Assembly: GCA_028023455.1 (NCBI GenBank)
Contig: JAQFVV010000009.1
Location: 10,168,001-10,232,000, forward strand
Length of the DNA: 64,000 bases
Direction: 5' to 3'
Source: Epiperipatus broadwayi
Taxonomy: Eukaryota; Animalia; Onychophora
Part shown: piece by piece, positions 37,825 through 49,307 of the stretch
Layout: the number at the start of each line of letters is the position of its first letter
How positions within the stretch are numbered: position 1 is the stretch's first letter
Program-made: the position numbers and the translations under genes
The notes under the pieces: generated by a model
What the model saw: only the letters and a program-made list of their open reading frames with translations
What the model was told of the DNA's origin: nothing
The model's database searches: none

Positions 37825-38965
37825 CATTATTGGATAATAATATAGGCTAATAAATAAATGACTAATAAAAAATATTAATGGTAAAGCTGGTTTTAGGTCA
37901 CAGCATTCTTGAAAGTTTTTGATACTTTTTGTTTTGAATTATTCTGTTTTATATGCACAATTATTCATCTCATCACCAAAACAGTAGTAGCTATAGTTAA
38001 TTTCTTAATATATTTGATGGGTTTTGATATGCAAGGAAAATGCAGCATCCTTATAGAATCTTGATTGTTGGCAGCTCTGCTGTGTAAATTGATAGAATTA
38101 TTTCAAACAGTTAGTATACTGAGGCATACAAAAGCAATAAGTTCTTTATATTGTGCAACATAATGGAGGAGTGTCCCCGCATAATTTAGTGCACTTATAG
38201 AAAGAGGTATGCTGGAGCTTAAGATTTTCCAATGGTAGCCCTTCTGTCATCTCCAGTGCTAGAATTTTTGTGAATTACTGAGCAATAAACCATTTGATTA
38301 TTATTATTATTTGTGGAGTATTGTCAGGGGTAGTGTGGAACATTACCTTTTACAATGATCACATATTCTTGCGTAAAAGTAATAATTTACTTTGATGATT
38401 TCTACCTTCCATTTGCCTTCGAATATAAAGCTTTTCTATTAATTCCAAATTCTATGATTCATAACAATAATTTTTTTTAAAAGTTACGACTTGTTCTCTC
38501 TTAATTTAGGCATAAATTTGTGCATATAGAAATAATTATTACGTTGTGCTACACTATTGCAATTCTGTGTAGACCGTAAAGTGTTAAAAATTGTGTCCAT
38601 TTTAAAATAAACTAATTTTAAATCAATTGGAAAAACTCATTTAAATAAAAACGCTTTCAAAACAAAAATAAGTAATTTAGATGTGAAAATAGTTCTTACT
38701 AGCTGACATCTTTTTTTTTTTTTACTAAATTTCTTAGCTGGTGATAAATTCTTAAAACATTTTCTTCTTTTATTCATCTTTATCTGTAAATCTAAAAAGC
38801 ACTTTAAATACTAAATCAGAAGCGCGGGATAGTTTACTAGATAATTTTTAGAATGATTGATTTAATGGAAATGTTAATAAAGCATATTTGTAATAGGTGA
38901 TATATTGTATAAAGGTTGTTATTAATGTTTTTTTTCAGGGAAAGTGAGAGAAAAGAAAGCTTCGT

Positions 38966-39053
38966 ATGAAGGAAGATATGCATTTTTGTATTTGTTTGTG
39001 CGTTTTAAGCCTAATAAAATTTGCTGGAATTGTTGGACTCAGTCTACCACCAG
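38966..39053 (+). CDS. Candidate first coding exon encoding a signal-peptide-like N-terminus (MKEDMHFCICLCVLSLIKFAGIVGLSLPP)
   Basis: Strong acceptor TTTTTTTTCAG ending at 38938, ATG at 38966/38978, a hydrophobic core ending in small residues, possible donor CAG|GTTATC, and CpG-retaining surroundings. Confidence 0.4.
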
Positions 39054-40399
39054 GTTATCAAGTATACACATACCTCCCTTCTAAGCAACTATCCATACGA
39101 AAATGAAATAATGATTCCACTTTTAATAGAATTCTTGAAAACACATCTATTTTCAAATTGTCTCGACGATACACTTACCCAAATCTAATGTCTCTCATTG
39201 CTAAAAAAACCATTTACTATTTGATATGCTATTTGTATTGTAAAATATTAGTTATTTTTTATTTACAGTTTTAAATGTATATACACGTCTTATGCGCTTT
39301 AATGCAATGGTAAAGTACTGGACCTAAGAGCTAACGAATCTCTGAATTGAAGCTCAATTTGTCACTTCCGGTACTCTAACACAACGAGATATCTATTATT
39401 ATTTTTTTTATATATATAATTTGAAATACGTAGTGTTGCAAAATAGACATACTTATGAAAATAAAGTTCTCTGTTACTTCTTATATAAATTGAATTTTTA
39501 GTAAGCCAAATTTCCATTGAGATGCATGTTAATCATTAAACATGGTATTCAAATCTGAATATATATATATATACTTTTACATAAATGAGACTGAGAGTTG
39601 GATTGACAAACTTTAGAGCTTAAGATCTAGGGATCGCGTTTAGATGCATTACTTCTGGCACTCAAACTTCTTAAGGATCCCTACCAATAAATTCATTCAT
39701 ATATTTATTTATTTACTAGTAAAATGTGGTCTTTCATTTTTTTTATATATATAATAAAAAAGATACATTTAAATAAGTAACTTTATACAATTTTAATTAT
39801 GTTCTTGAGATAATTTGCAGATTTTTAAAACACACACACACATTTACAGTTATCATTACATCTTTTAACTTGAACTTGGCTGTTTTATACTTTTTAAAGT
39901 TTGAAATAAAAACTGGATGAACTGACTGTATGATATGATCTCAGCATGATTGAAGTTATTGGATCCTTTGCTATAACTTTTGTTCTTTGATTGATGTACA
40001 TCATTTTATTTTTATAAAAAGAGTAATATTAAGAATATATAAGAAAATAATTATTTACTTTAATACCCTCCCCCCTCCAAACAATTATCAAAATACTTGT
40101 TTAACATATGTTGAAGAGCCATCAATTTTTTTTTATATAGAAATGATTTGTAAATGTGATTTATGATATTTTTTAAACTTTTTTTTCAAAATGCATTTTA
40201 AAATACACTTTAAGAAATTGTTTTAATTTTATTTCAACACATGTTACATCTAATTTAACCCATTATTAAGTTAAAATTGCAGTTGAAAAATCAAATGTTC
40301 ATAAATAGCTTTAGGCATGGTGAATGAGAAAATGAAAATTGTTACTCTTTACAATATTCAAGCAGTTATAATAGTTATGCAAATATATATATTACAATT

Positions 40400-41750
40400 A
40401 TAGGTTGTTGTTTTCTGAAAGTTTAAAGTAGTTTTTCCAATTCTAGCTTATATTCTCCACATCATTTCAGTATTTTTTTTAACCTTATCCAAATAATTTT
40501 ACATGCAAACTTTTTCTAGATTTTTCACAACATATTCAGTCCAGTTCTGTTTCAATCTTTTAATTATTCCGATGATGTTAATGATACCAACTTGTTTTCT
40601 TATTCATGTGTTTCACTTTTGTCTTTGTTTTTCCAACATACATTTCTTCATATATCACTATGCATTTGCAGTCTCTATATTGCTTTTCTATGGAATATCA
40701 AAGTTTCACCCACCTACAAAGCATAGAGATGTATTTTCTTTTAATATTAAAATTATTTTTACCAAAAACACTCCCAGTTTAATTTTATGATTAATTTTAT
40801 CCACTTTATTTTCATAATATTAATAATAATCTTCTAATTCTTGACTATTTTTCTTTGTTTTCTCCTTTGTTGAAAAACTGCTGAACAATCCTTTAGTCTT
40901 TTTTGGTGTTTATTTTTAGTCCTACTGTCTTGATTTGATTTTATAGCTCTTAAAACCATTACTGAATCTCTGAAGTACATTTAGAAAAATAATCATATCA
41001 TCTGAAAAATTTGGATGATTTAAATAATCTTTATTTATTTTTATCCCCTTAGCTTGCCATTTTAAGCAACAAAGTATTCCCTTAAAAATGTATATGTTTT
41101 AGATTGATGGAATAATCTTATAGTAACCCTATACCAATGTTAATTATAGTGTTATTATATATGCACTTTATTCATTGATATTTGCATTTAGATAAATATT
41201 ACTCAGAATTTGACAATAGCTTATGTCTATATAATACTAATCTAAAGCTTTAATCATCAGGAAAATGTTTATATGGTTGAATGCTTTTCTATAATCTACA
41301 TTGGAAAATGGCAATATCTTTGTATAATTTCTCTTAATATTTGAAGGTGATCAGCTTTGCTGTAATTACTTTTAAATCCAGCTTGTTTTTTTGTTGTTGT
41401 TGATTGGTTGGAGTCTAAAATTTTGATGAATTGCAATGCTGATCTTAATAAACATCATAAAAAATTTGACAAACTGATTAGAGTTAAATTTCTATCTTTC
41501 TGAAATATTATTACACTACTGCATTTTTCTAATGATTTAAATATTTAGTACATAGCTTTGTCTACAATTCAATATTTCTTAATCTGATTCTTTTAAATTT
41601 GTTTATTATGGTTTCAGTTAAATGTGTCTAACATTTTTTGTTATCTTTAATGTTCATGATTAAATGTCTAAATTTGTTTTGTGGGTGTGACTCAAATAGC
41701 AAGCTCATTTAAATATCTATTGTTATCTGATTAATCTTAAAATAACATCT
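40400..41750 (-). mobile_element. RTE-clade LINE RT fragment (copy 3)
   Basis: Minus-strand QAGFKSNYSKADHLQILREII, VDYRKAF, MIKALD and YLNHPNFSDD, homologous to the RT regions of copies 1 and 2. Confidence 0.8.
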
Positions 41751-42789
41751 CTATTTTATTTCAATATAGTGAGATTAATGCAAGTTCATGCCTATACTTT
41801 CTATTATTTTATCCAAGAATTATATATATAAGAATGAGACTAACACACATTAAGAACACTGATAATATATTCGAAAATTTGGATAGAGAACTTAGCATAC
41901 AAGAACTATATGGCAAATTTAAAAGTAAAAATTTTAATATTTCATAAAATGGGTGGGGAAAGTGCTCTTTATAAAACATTTTGTTTTAAAATCAAATTCT
42001 CACTGGAGCTTTGTTTTATTTTAAAAAACTTTTTTAAATATTGACTGACTAGAAAAGTATTTCTTGCATTAGTGTTGTTTGTAATTATAACAAAATTTTA
42101 ATTATATGGATATAAAAGTAAAAAGTTATTATATACACAATGATTTTTTTGACTAATTATAGAATAAGCTGGTGGGAACAAATAGAGCAATATATGCATA
42201 TTAATTAATGCAGCATTTCTAATGATATGTGATCATGGAAATATCAAACTTTTCTGGTTAAATCAATTTATATTTGTTTTTCAAATTATTATAAGAATAG
42301 TGAACATGACAAGTGATATTAATGGGAACAAACTATCATGCTTCCTTGTTAGCAAAGCCTCATTCAAAAAAAAACAAATAATTTAATTGCTACTCACTTA
42401 ATACTCTTGAGTAAATGATCAAATTTCAAATATGTAAATATCAATTAAAACAGCACTTCTAATAATATAAAGTCATGGCAACAAAGGACAGTACATTGAT
42501 TTAAACAGCCTTAGGAGATAGCACTGTTATTATTTGATTTTGATTATTTGTTCATAAGGATATTCATATGGTAGCAATTAATTCTACCGTATGACATTAA
42601 ATTATTTGTTGTATTGAAAGAAACTTTTTTAATATCTGAATACCATTGTAGATTTGCCTAATTAATGTTACTTATAAGATCCAGAATACCATTATAAATT
42701 GATTCATTTTACATTAGCAAATTAAAGTATGTTGCAAAGAATTACATTGATGTAAAAAGTGTGGCAAATATTTGTCATTCCTATGATTG

Positions 42790-42822
<33 letters not shown>

Positions 42823-43859
42823 TACCATTTGATACTCTGTCTTTATAACTATTAATGTTCTCAACAAATTAGCCATGAATATGATGCAAAGGTGTTGAAA
42901 GTATACTTGATGCAATAAATCTTACTAAATTTTTAATATTTTTTTTTTTCATATGTCATAGCTATTTAAACTCTGTTTTAGTATATTTTACACCAATATA
43001 TATATATAAGTGAAATAATGCTTAAAGCTAAATGGGATTAATGCTAAAATATTTCAACAGAGCTATCTGTATGTAGAAAAAATCCTGAACCTCCTTACCT
43101 ATTAAGCTTCAAGTTGATACGTTTATTGATTTCAAGACTATTACTAAACATTAAGTGTGAATTTCAATTAACTTAGATCATAAAAGCTGATAAACAAACA
43201 TCTTTTATATTCCATATGTAAAGCTTAATTAATAGATAATAAGTTATTACATTTTGAAAAAACTTCCAACATAACTCTATGATAACAAATCAATGAATGT
43301 ATACAACTAGTTGAAACTCAAACATAGTAAATGAATACAAACCAATACTAGAATATTTTGACAGCACTACATATAGTTAGACTATCTGCATTTATATCAT
43401 TTGATTTTGAGATTTTATGCAGATACTAAAAATTATAAATAATAGCAAATTCTATATAAAATATGCTTTGAACATATATATATATACATATTTATGTTAC
43501 AGTTAATTAAGTCATTATTAAAAATAATTAACAAAAATTAAATAGAATAATGCAGCCATGAAAAAGTCAATGGAGTAATAAATTGAAAAAATAGAGTTTA
43601 TTTACATATGTATGTACATTACTTATCTAAATGTGTACATATTTAAATGTGTTTGCCCTATTTCTGTCTTGTCTCAAAATTTGTTTTATTATTTCTCTTC
43701 TTCACTGTTTTTGTTATAAAAATTGTTAATGATAATTATGAAACACAAATATACAATGATAAGTGATATTAAATTAGTAATTTTTAAATAAACTTGGCTA
43801 TAAAGATAACAGTACTCATTTTCTCATGAGATTCTTGCAATCAAAATGATAACATTGTC

Positions 43860-44280
43860 CTTAATGCAAAGTTAGCAAAGCAGCAACTTTTTCAAGCCTA
43901 AAAAATCCCTATTAAGTTAGTTTTTAAGTTTTCTCTAAATTTATAACTTTTTTATTTGCAGAATTGACTTGATGTCATTCTTTTTATTAGATTTTTTGAT
44001 GTCTTCACACAGACTAAAAGCTTTCTGATGCAATACATTACTGGAATTATCTTTTTCTCTATATCTTCTACCCATAATAATAATTTTCCAATTTTTTCTG
44101 AATATTTATCATGTATTATAGATATAATTTTAATGCTTTTGTTTTTCTTTTCTATTATTTTATTGAATATGTGCCCCAGTATTAACATAGATTTTTTTTT
44201 TTTCAAACTAAGTCCATTATTTTCACTTCATCATATAAATGAAACAGTTCATGGTTTCTTTTAGCTTGGAAGAATTTCTA
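43860..44280 (-). mobile_element. pogo/Tigger (CENP-B-like HTH) transposase fragment
   Basis: ORF 43952-44206 contains KIGKLLLWVEDIEKKIIP...IRK, resembling the TIGD/Jerky HTH region. The downstream sequence is degenerate. Confidence 0.6.
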
Positions 44281-44476
44281 TCATTATTAATTTTTTACTT
44301 TGTGTCATTTGAAATGGAATTTTAATTTTTCAAATTTATGGCAATATTACAGTACATAAGTGCATATACTGATATTATTATTGGGACAACATGATTGAGA
44401 ATGTGATAGATATGAAAATAATTGCTACTATACTATATAGATTATTTTATATAAAAATTATGAATTTCTAATGTTT

Positions 44477-44579
44477 TTTTTTCATGTGTCAAAGCATCGG
44501 CCGGGAAGTGAACCCATAAACCTGGGACAACTGCTTGTAAGGCAGCTGTGCTGACCACTCAGCCACCAATGCTTGACAT
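44477..44579 (-). mobile_element. tRNA-Gly(TCC)-derived short SINE, copy 1
   Basis: Body GCATTGGTGGCTGAGTGGTCAGCACAGCTGCCTTACAAGCAGTTG...GGGTTCACTTCCCGGCCGATGC plus A tail. 13-bp TSD ATTTCTAATGTTT at 44464-44476 and 44580-44592. Confidence 0.88.
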
Positions 44580-44884
44580 ATTTCTAATGTTTATATATAT
44601 ATATATTTTAAAGTTGTGAGTTAATGAATTTATTTAATTTCAAGAGAATATATATGGCAGGTATACTGTGCTGTCTTATCAGCAAATGATTATAAGTTCA
44701 AAATTTTTAATGGCATATTTACATCTGGCTAAATATTATTTTTACTCTGAATTTTCAACATAGTCAACAAACTAAAGCTTATTAACATTGTAAACTCAAT
44801 TCTTTATCATTTGATGATGTAAAATATGTTATAAACCATTAAATATCAAATGATCACCATTTTTATGCGTACACAAGCTGTTTG

Positions 44885-45255
44885 CATAGAGGCTAAACTT
44901 TCCATACAGTAGTGCCACCAATGCAAGCCAGTATAATCAATGGATTCAAAAAGGTTTGTGCATAAAATTCTTATCTAGTGACTACTCACCCAAGCCACAG
45001 ACTATTTTCCAGTTTGTGGCTTTTTTGTGGGTTTTCATCAGTGAGGAGCCTTGGATCTGAGAGCACTGCACCTAAAACTAGGTGCAGTGCTCTCAGATCC
45101 AAGGCTCCTCATTGTAGCCACAAACTGGAAAATAGTCTGGAGATATTGGATGAGCAGGCACTAGATAGGGATTTTATGAACAAACCTTTGCACATCTATT
45201 GATTATTCTGGATTGCACTGGTGGAACTACTGTATGGAGAGTTTAACCTTTGTAA
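44885..45255. repeat. ~370-bp foldback with a perfect GC-rich 33-bp central hairpin
   Basis: 45042-45074 pairs perfectly with 45079-45111 around the loop AAAC. Outer arms at ~44885-45021 and 45115-45255 are imperfect inverted repeats. Confidence 0.93.
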
Positions 45256-45399
45256 AAAATAGGTTATTTGTATAATAATATATGGTGAGGCAGTTACTTC
45301 CATTTCTATTGTGTACATGTAGGTATATGTGCTTTATTGGTTGTTGTAATTTAGTCAAAGTATTATAGTTTATATGAGAGTAAGAAGATTATTGCTGTT

Positions 45400-46320
45400 G
45401 GAGTAAAAATTTAGTAATTTAAAATGAAAACTGGTGTTATCAATGATATATCCTATCTTAATTTTGTTTTCTATGTTTATAACAGTGGTTTTTAGAACAG
45501 TTTGCAAGAGTTTCGTAAAGTAATTAAGAAAATGCAATATAGGTTTAATTGTGTAATCTTAATTCACTGATCAACAACAAAAACTAGAAGTTCATTTTTT
45601 TAAAACTTTTAGATTTACCATTTGTTGATGATTGTGCTAGTCTTACCAATTCAAAAAATTATTTCCAGAATATCATATATTTTGATTTAATAATTAGCAT
45701 TTAAAAAAACAAATTCATTATCAGATGATGATTCCAGTTTGAGAATGTAAACCAATTTAAACATTTTAGTAGTTCTCAAGTAGAAAAACATACATGACTG
45801 TTAAACTGTAACACAGATTCCAATATGTTGCTGTTGCATATATCAAGATAAATATAGAATATTTCTCATAGTGACATAATTAAATTAATTGTATATAAGT
45901 CTGCTATATTCCTCAATTTGTTGTATAGAAATGAAACCTGGATCTATCACTGTATCATAAAGGCACTGGAAACACCTCATTTAAGATTACTACACATTAA
46001 TTTATTGATGTCAGTGTTATTGAATCTACTATTATGAAACCACAATTTTCATTGGATTGTGACATCAAATAAATCATTGCTAATAAACTTTCTGAAAAAT
46101 ACTTTATAATGACTTAATCATAGTTTTTATTAAAGAGGCAGATTCCACTGATATATGTGAAGATCATTTCAAAGACACACCAATAAAAATGCAATATTAA
46201 TTGCTTTTATTGAGATTATATGGCAAGGATAAAATACAATAGAAAGTACAATTAGGCAAGATCCTCAAGACTATTAAAAAATAAAGCTTATTGCAGAAGT
46301 TAAAAGACAGCATTGCAAAC
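45400..46320 (+). mobile_element. Highly decayed RTE/BovB-like RT C-terminal fragment
   Basis: DLPFVDDCA (cf. LLFADDCAL), VYKSAIFLNLLYRNETW, LETPHLRLLH and LKDSI motifs across broken frames. Confidence 0.65.
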
Positions 46321-46364
46321 TGGCATCACAAAATATATCTTCATTTTTTGTCTTCCAATCTTTG

Positions 46365-46771
46365 TCTTCTTCTTCTTCTTCTTCTTCTTCTTCTTCTTCT
46401 TCTTCTTCTTCTTCTTCTTCTTCTTCTTCTTCTTCTTCTTCTTCTTCTTCTTCTTCTTCTTCTTCTTCTTCTTCTTCTTCTTCTTCTTCTTCTTCTTCTT
46501 CTTCTTCTTCTTCTTCTTCTTCTTCTTCTTCTTCTTCTTCTTCTTCTTCTTCTTCTTCTTCTTCTTCTTCTTCTTCTTCTTCTTCTTCTTCTTCTTCTTC
46601 TTCTTCTTCTTCTTCTTCTTCTTCTTCTTCTTCTTCTTCTTCTTCTTCTTCTTCTTCTTCTTCTTCTTCTTCTTCTTCTTCTTCTTCTTCTTCTTCTTCT
46701 TTCTTCTTCTTCTTCTTCTTCTTCTTCTTCTTCTTCTTCTTCTTCTTCTTCTTCTTCTTCTTCTTCTTCTT

Positions 46772-46844
<73 letters not shown>

Positions 46845-46845
46845 T
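46365..46845. repeat. Compound microsatellite (TCT)~145 followed by (TAT)~14
   Basis: Seen directly, with one extra T near 46701. Confidence 0.99.
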
Positions 46846-47271
46846 AATTCTAGTCAAGCTTAGATTTTATCTTTTAGGTTAATAGATTTATTAATGATCT
46901 AATTTTGTTGTATAAATGAGTATCCAGCTCATCTTACCTATAGGACCAAACAATGGACAGCTGTTCAAACATACATCATCTGATAATTGAAGAATCATGT
47001 CAGGCTTTTTCTTCACTGTTCTCTATAAGGATCATTGAAGAGGGTTTTGCCCTGCAGTGGACTGTTGAAAGGCTGTTTTACCTTTCTTCTATTAAAGATA
47101 AAATTAACAACAATGTTGATTAAAAAAAATCATGTGTTGGTTTAATTCAATTTTTTATAAAGTGTCATTTAGTTTAGGACATTTTTGGTTAATTCAAATT
47201 ACAATATTGCTTAATTATTTAGTATGTGATTGTTCTCTTTTTTTTTTATAAGTTTTACTTTATATATATCA

Positions 47272-47709
47272 TATAATTAAATATTTAATAAATACAGTAA
47301 TCAAAAATTTTGGAAAGTACAAAAAATATAGAAGCGCTTTAGACTATCCATGTAGTCTTTATCAACTAATACTAATAATAACTAATAATCAGCTTCCGTT
47401 TGTTACGACCATAATAAATCATGTATATATAGTTTTAATTTCAATTATAATAATGTAAAAATATTGCAAATTGAAAGAGATAACAATAAAAGGAAAATAA
47501 AGGAAGCTATGCTCATATATAAATACAAGCAGAACTTAATCAAAAGGCAGGCAATGAACGTTAAGATCACGGAATTATGGGAAGGTTAACCTTTCAAAGT
47601 ATTAGTTGACAAAGACTAGAAGGATAGTCGAAAGCACTCCTAAGTGACGATTATATTTTTTGTACTTTTCAAAATTTTTGATTACTGTATTTACTAATAC
47701 TTAATTATA
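47272..47709. mobile_element. MITE-like element with ~100-bp TIRs
   Basis: TAAATACAGTAATCAAAAATTTTGGAAAGTACAAAAAATATA vs TATATTTTTTGTACTTTTCAAAATTTTTGATTACTGTATTTA, with TA-rich ends. Confidence 0.85.
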
Positions 47710-47786
47710 AGATTCCGTATATTGCTTTGAAGAAATAGATATCGATTTATAATATTATTACATATATATAATTAATTATAAGGAAC

Positions 47787-47905
47787 ACAGACTTTCAAAT
47801 TCCCTATATCTATCCAATCCATTTTAACCACATACATGTGAAAAAGATAAATGATCTCCATTATAATTAATTACATTAAGTTTAGTATAGAAATATACAT
47901 GTATT
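47787..47905. mobile_element. Hammerhead-bearing repeat family, short rearranged copy E
   Basis: 47787-47860 is a minus-strand piece starting TGGAGATCATTTATCTTTTTCACATG. It is followed by a plus-strand piece TAATTACATTAAGTTTAGTATAG...TACATGTATTTAAAT from the same unit. Confidence 0.7.
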
Positions 47906-49174
47906 TAAATATTATATACTGTATATAGATAAAAAGTAAAGCAATCTTTGACGAAGACGTTTTTTTATCTGGCTAGTCAATTGCCTGATGATGAATGTTT
48001 TAATAGTTTTTCATTCTTGTTTTATTCTCTTGCTAACAATAATTAGACAATCATTTCCCAACTGTTATTTATTGTCTAATTATAACTGAATTTTGACAGT
48101 ATTAATCTCACCAATACTCTAGCTATAATTCATTAACTAGTAGTACCCGAAGTAATGTTCTCTCCGTATAAACAGGCTTTCTTGTAAATGAACATTATAA
48201 TAAATCTTGCCAATACATACCGAATCGAGCTGTAGTATATACTAAAAGCACTATGTCAAGGTTTCTAAGTTAATTGTCTGAATTCTAAATCTGTTTTACT
48301 ATAAATATGTCTATACGCACGTTCTTGTAATAGTTGTGAATGATTATTGGTTAATGAAACAAAGTTACAATTAATTAACAGTCATAAGAATGCATAGATA
48401 TTGTGTTATCTAGAAGAAAAAAAAACGTTCTTCTAGTCAAAGCATTACTAAATTAAAAAAACATAAAGAGAATTTTCAATGTATAATATACAAAAATTCG
48501 GATCGTGCAAATTAATTTCATGAAAAGAGAAGCAATTAAATATCTTTTTTTTTTTAAAAAAAAATAAAGCCACTTTAAATTATTTTCGTTTTAAAATTCA
48601 CTTGCCAAACTTGATTAAATTAACAGATTTTTACTTTTGTAGTTATTTGATATAATTGAATATTTTTACTCATTTGACGACAGTTTGTTAAAATAAAGGA
48701 GACAATAATTTATTTTCAACTATTTTACCGCGACTTATTATTGTGGTTCATTTGATTATTTAAAAAAATATATGCTTCTTTAAAAAATTCTAATTAAAAA
48801 ATCTTGTAGAAATAATGAAATTATTTTTAACGGTTTATTTATATTTTATTCTTATCTAACCGTAATACGAGTTAAACAAGTGTTGTTTTTCTCTGTATAA
48901 TTGAAAGAAAAAAGTCTGTTGGAAGCAGCTCTGATTTATCTCTTCTCATTTGGGAAATGATACAATACAGAAAATTTAATCTTTAGATAGTGGAATACAA
49001 GACTTTAGAATCTTATATTTAAAAGTGGCTAATTTTTATTTTAACCATTCTGCTCATTTAAAATTGTTCTTATCTTTCTATTTTATATGATCTACCAAAG
49101 CAAGACTGCTTTTTATTTATTTACAAATGTTTATTTCGTAAAAAGGAAGGTAAAATTGTTTATAAATAACCCAC

Positions 49175-49307
49175 CATGGGGGGAAAGTTTTTCCAGCAGT
49201 TCCCACATTTAAAACACCCAAGTAGGTATTGCTGACCAGACCTGCCAATTGTAGAGTGATGAAGAGCTGAGCATTTACAACTGGTGATTGTTCCATATTA
49301 AAAACAG
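49175..49307 (-). CDS. Candidate 133-nt exon, product unknown (VFNMEQSPVVNAQLFITLQLAGLVSNTYLGVLNVGTAGKTFPP)
   Basis: Raised GC and a single fully open frame between GATATTTAG| and |GTGGGT. Plus-strand frames are closed over most of the patch. Confidence 0.3.

Larger units (their letters stand above)
30713..38160 (-). mobile_element. Internally deleted Gypsy (Mag-like) element(s): short LTR-like repeats plus integrase remnants, interrupted by the hAT
   Basis: ~190-bp diverged direct repeats at 30722-30919 and 37979-38160, each followed by PBS-like TGGTGATGA. Integrase motifs HGFLDALILDN and LAERNVQ (37.1-37.7 kb), C-terminal GDQIQI...SDQL (31.8-32.0 kb), and a second integrase piece LKELHHAHIGISK / YGFPDILISDNASIFTS (30.96-31.5 kb). 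Confidence 0.75.

Noticed and set aside
39269-39309. Plus-strand exon candidate VLNVYTRLMRFNAM
   Set aside because: The donor ATG|GTAAAG overlaps a degenerate tRNA-head SINE, so it is probably coincidental.
44494-44572. Functional tRNA gene
   Set aside because: It has an insertion before the T arm, a mutated B box and anticodon, an A tail and a TSD, so it is a retroposed SINE copy rather than a functional tRNA.
46291-46882. Four long ORFs with poly-L, F, S, K and R runs
   Set aside because: Artefacts of the (TCT)n/(TAT)n microsatellite, which has no stops in most frames.
47985-48025. CTGATGAT-GAATG...CATTC as a hammerhead
   Set aside because: The stem is not followed by GAAA.
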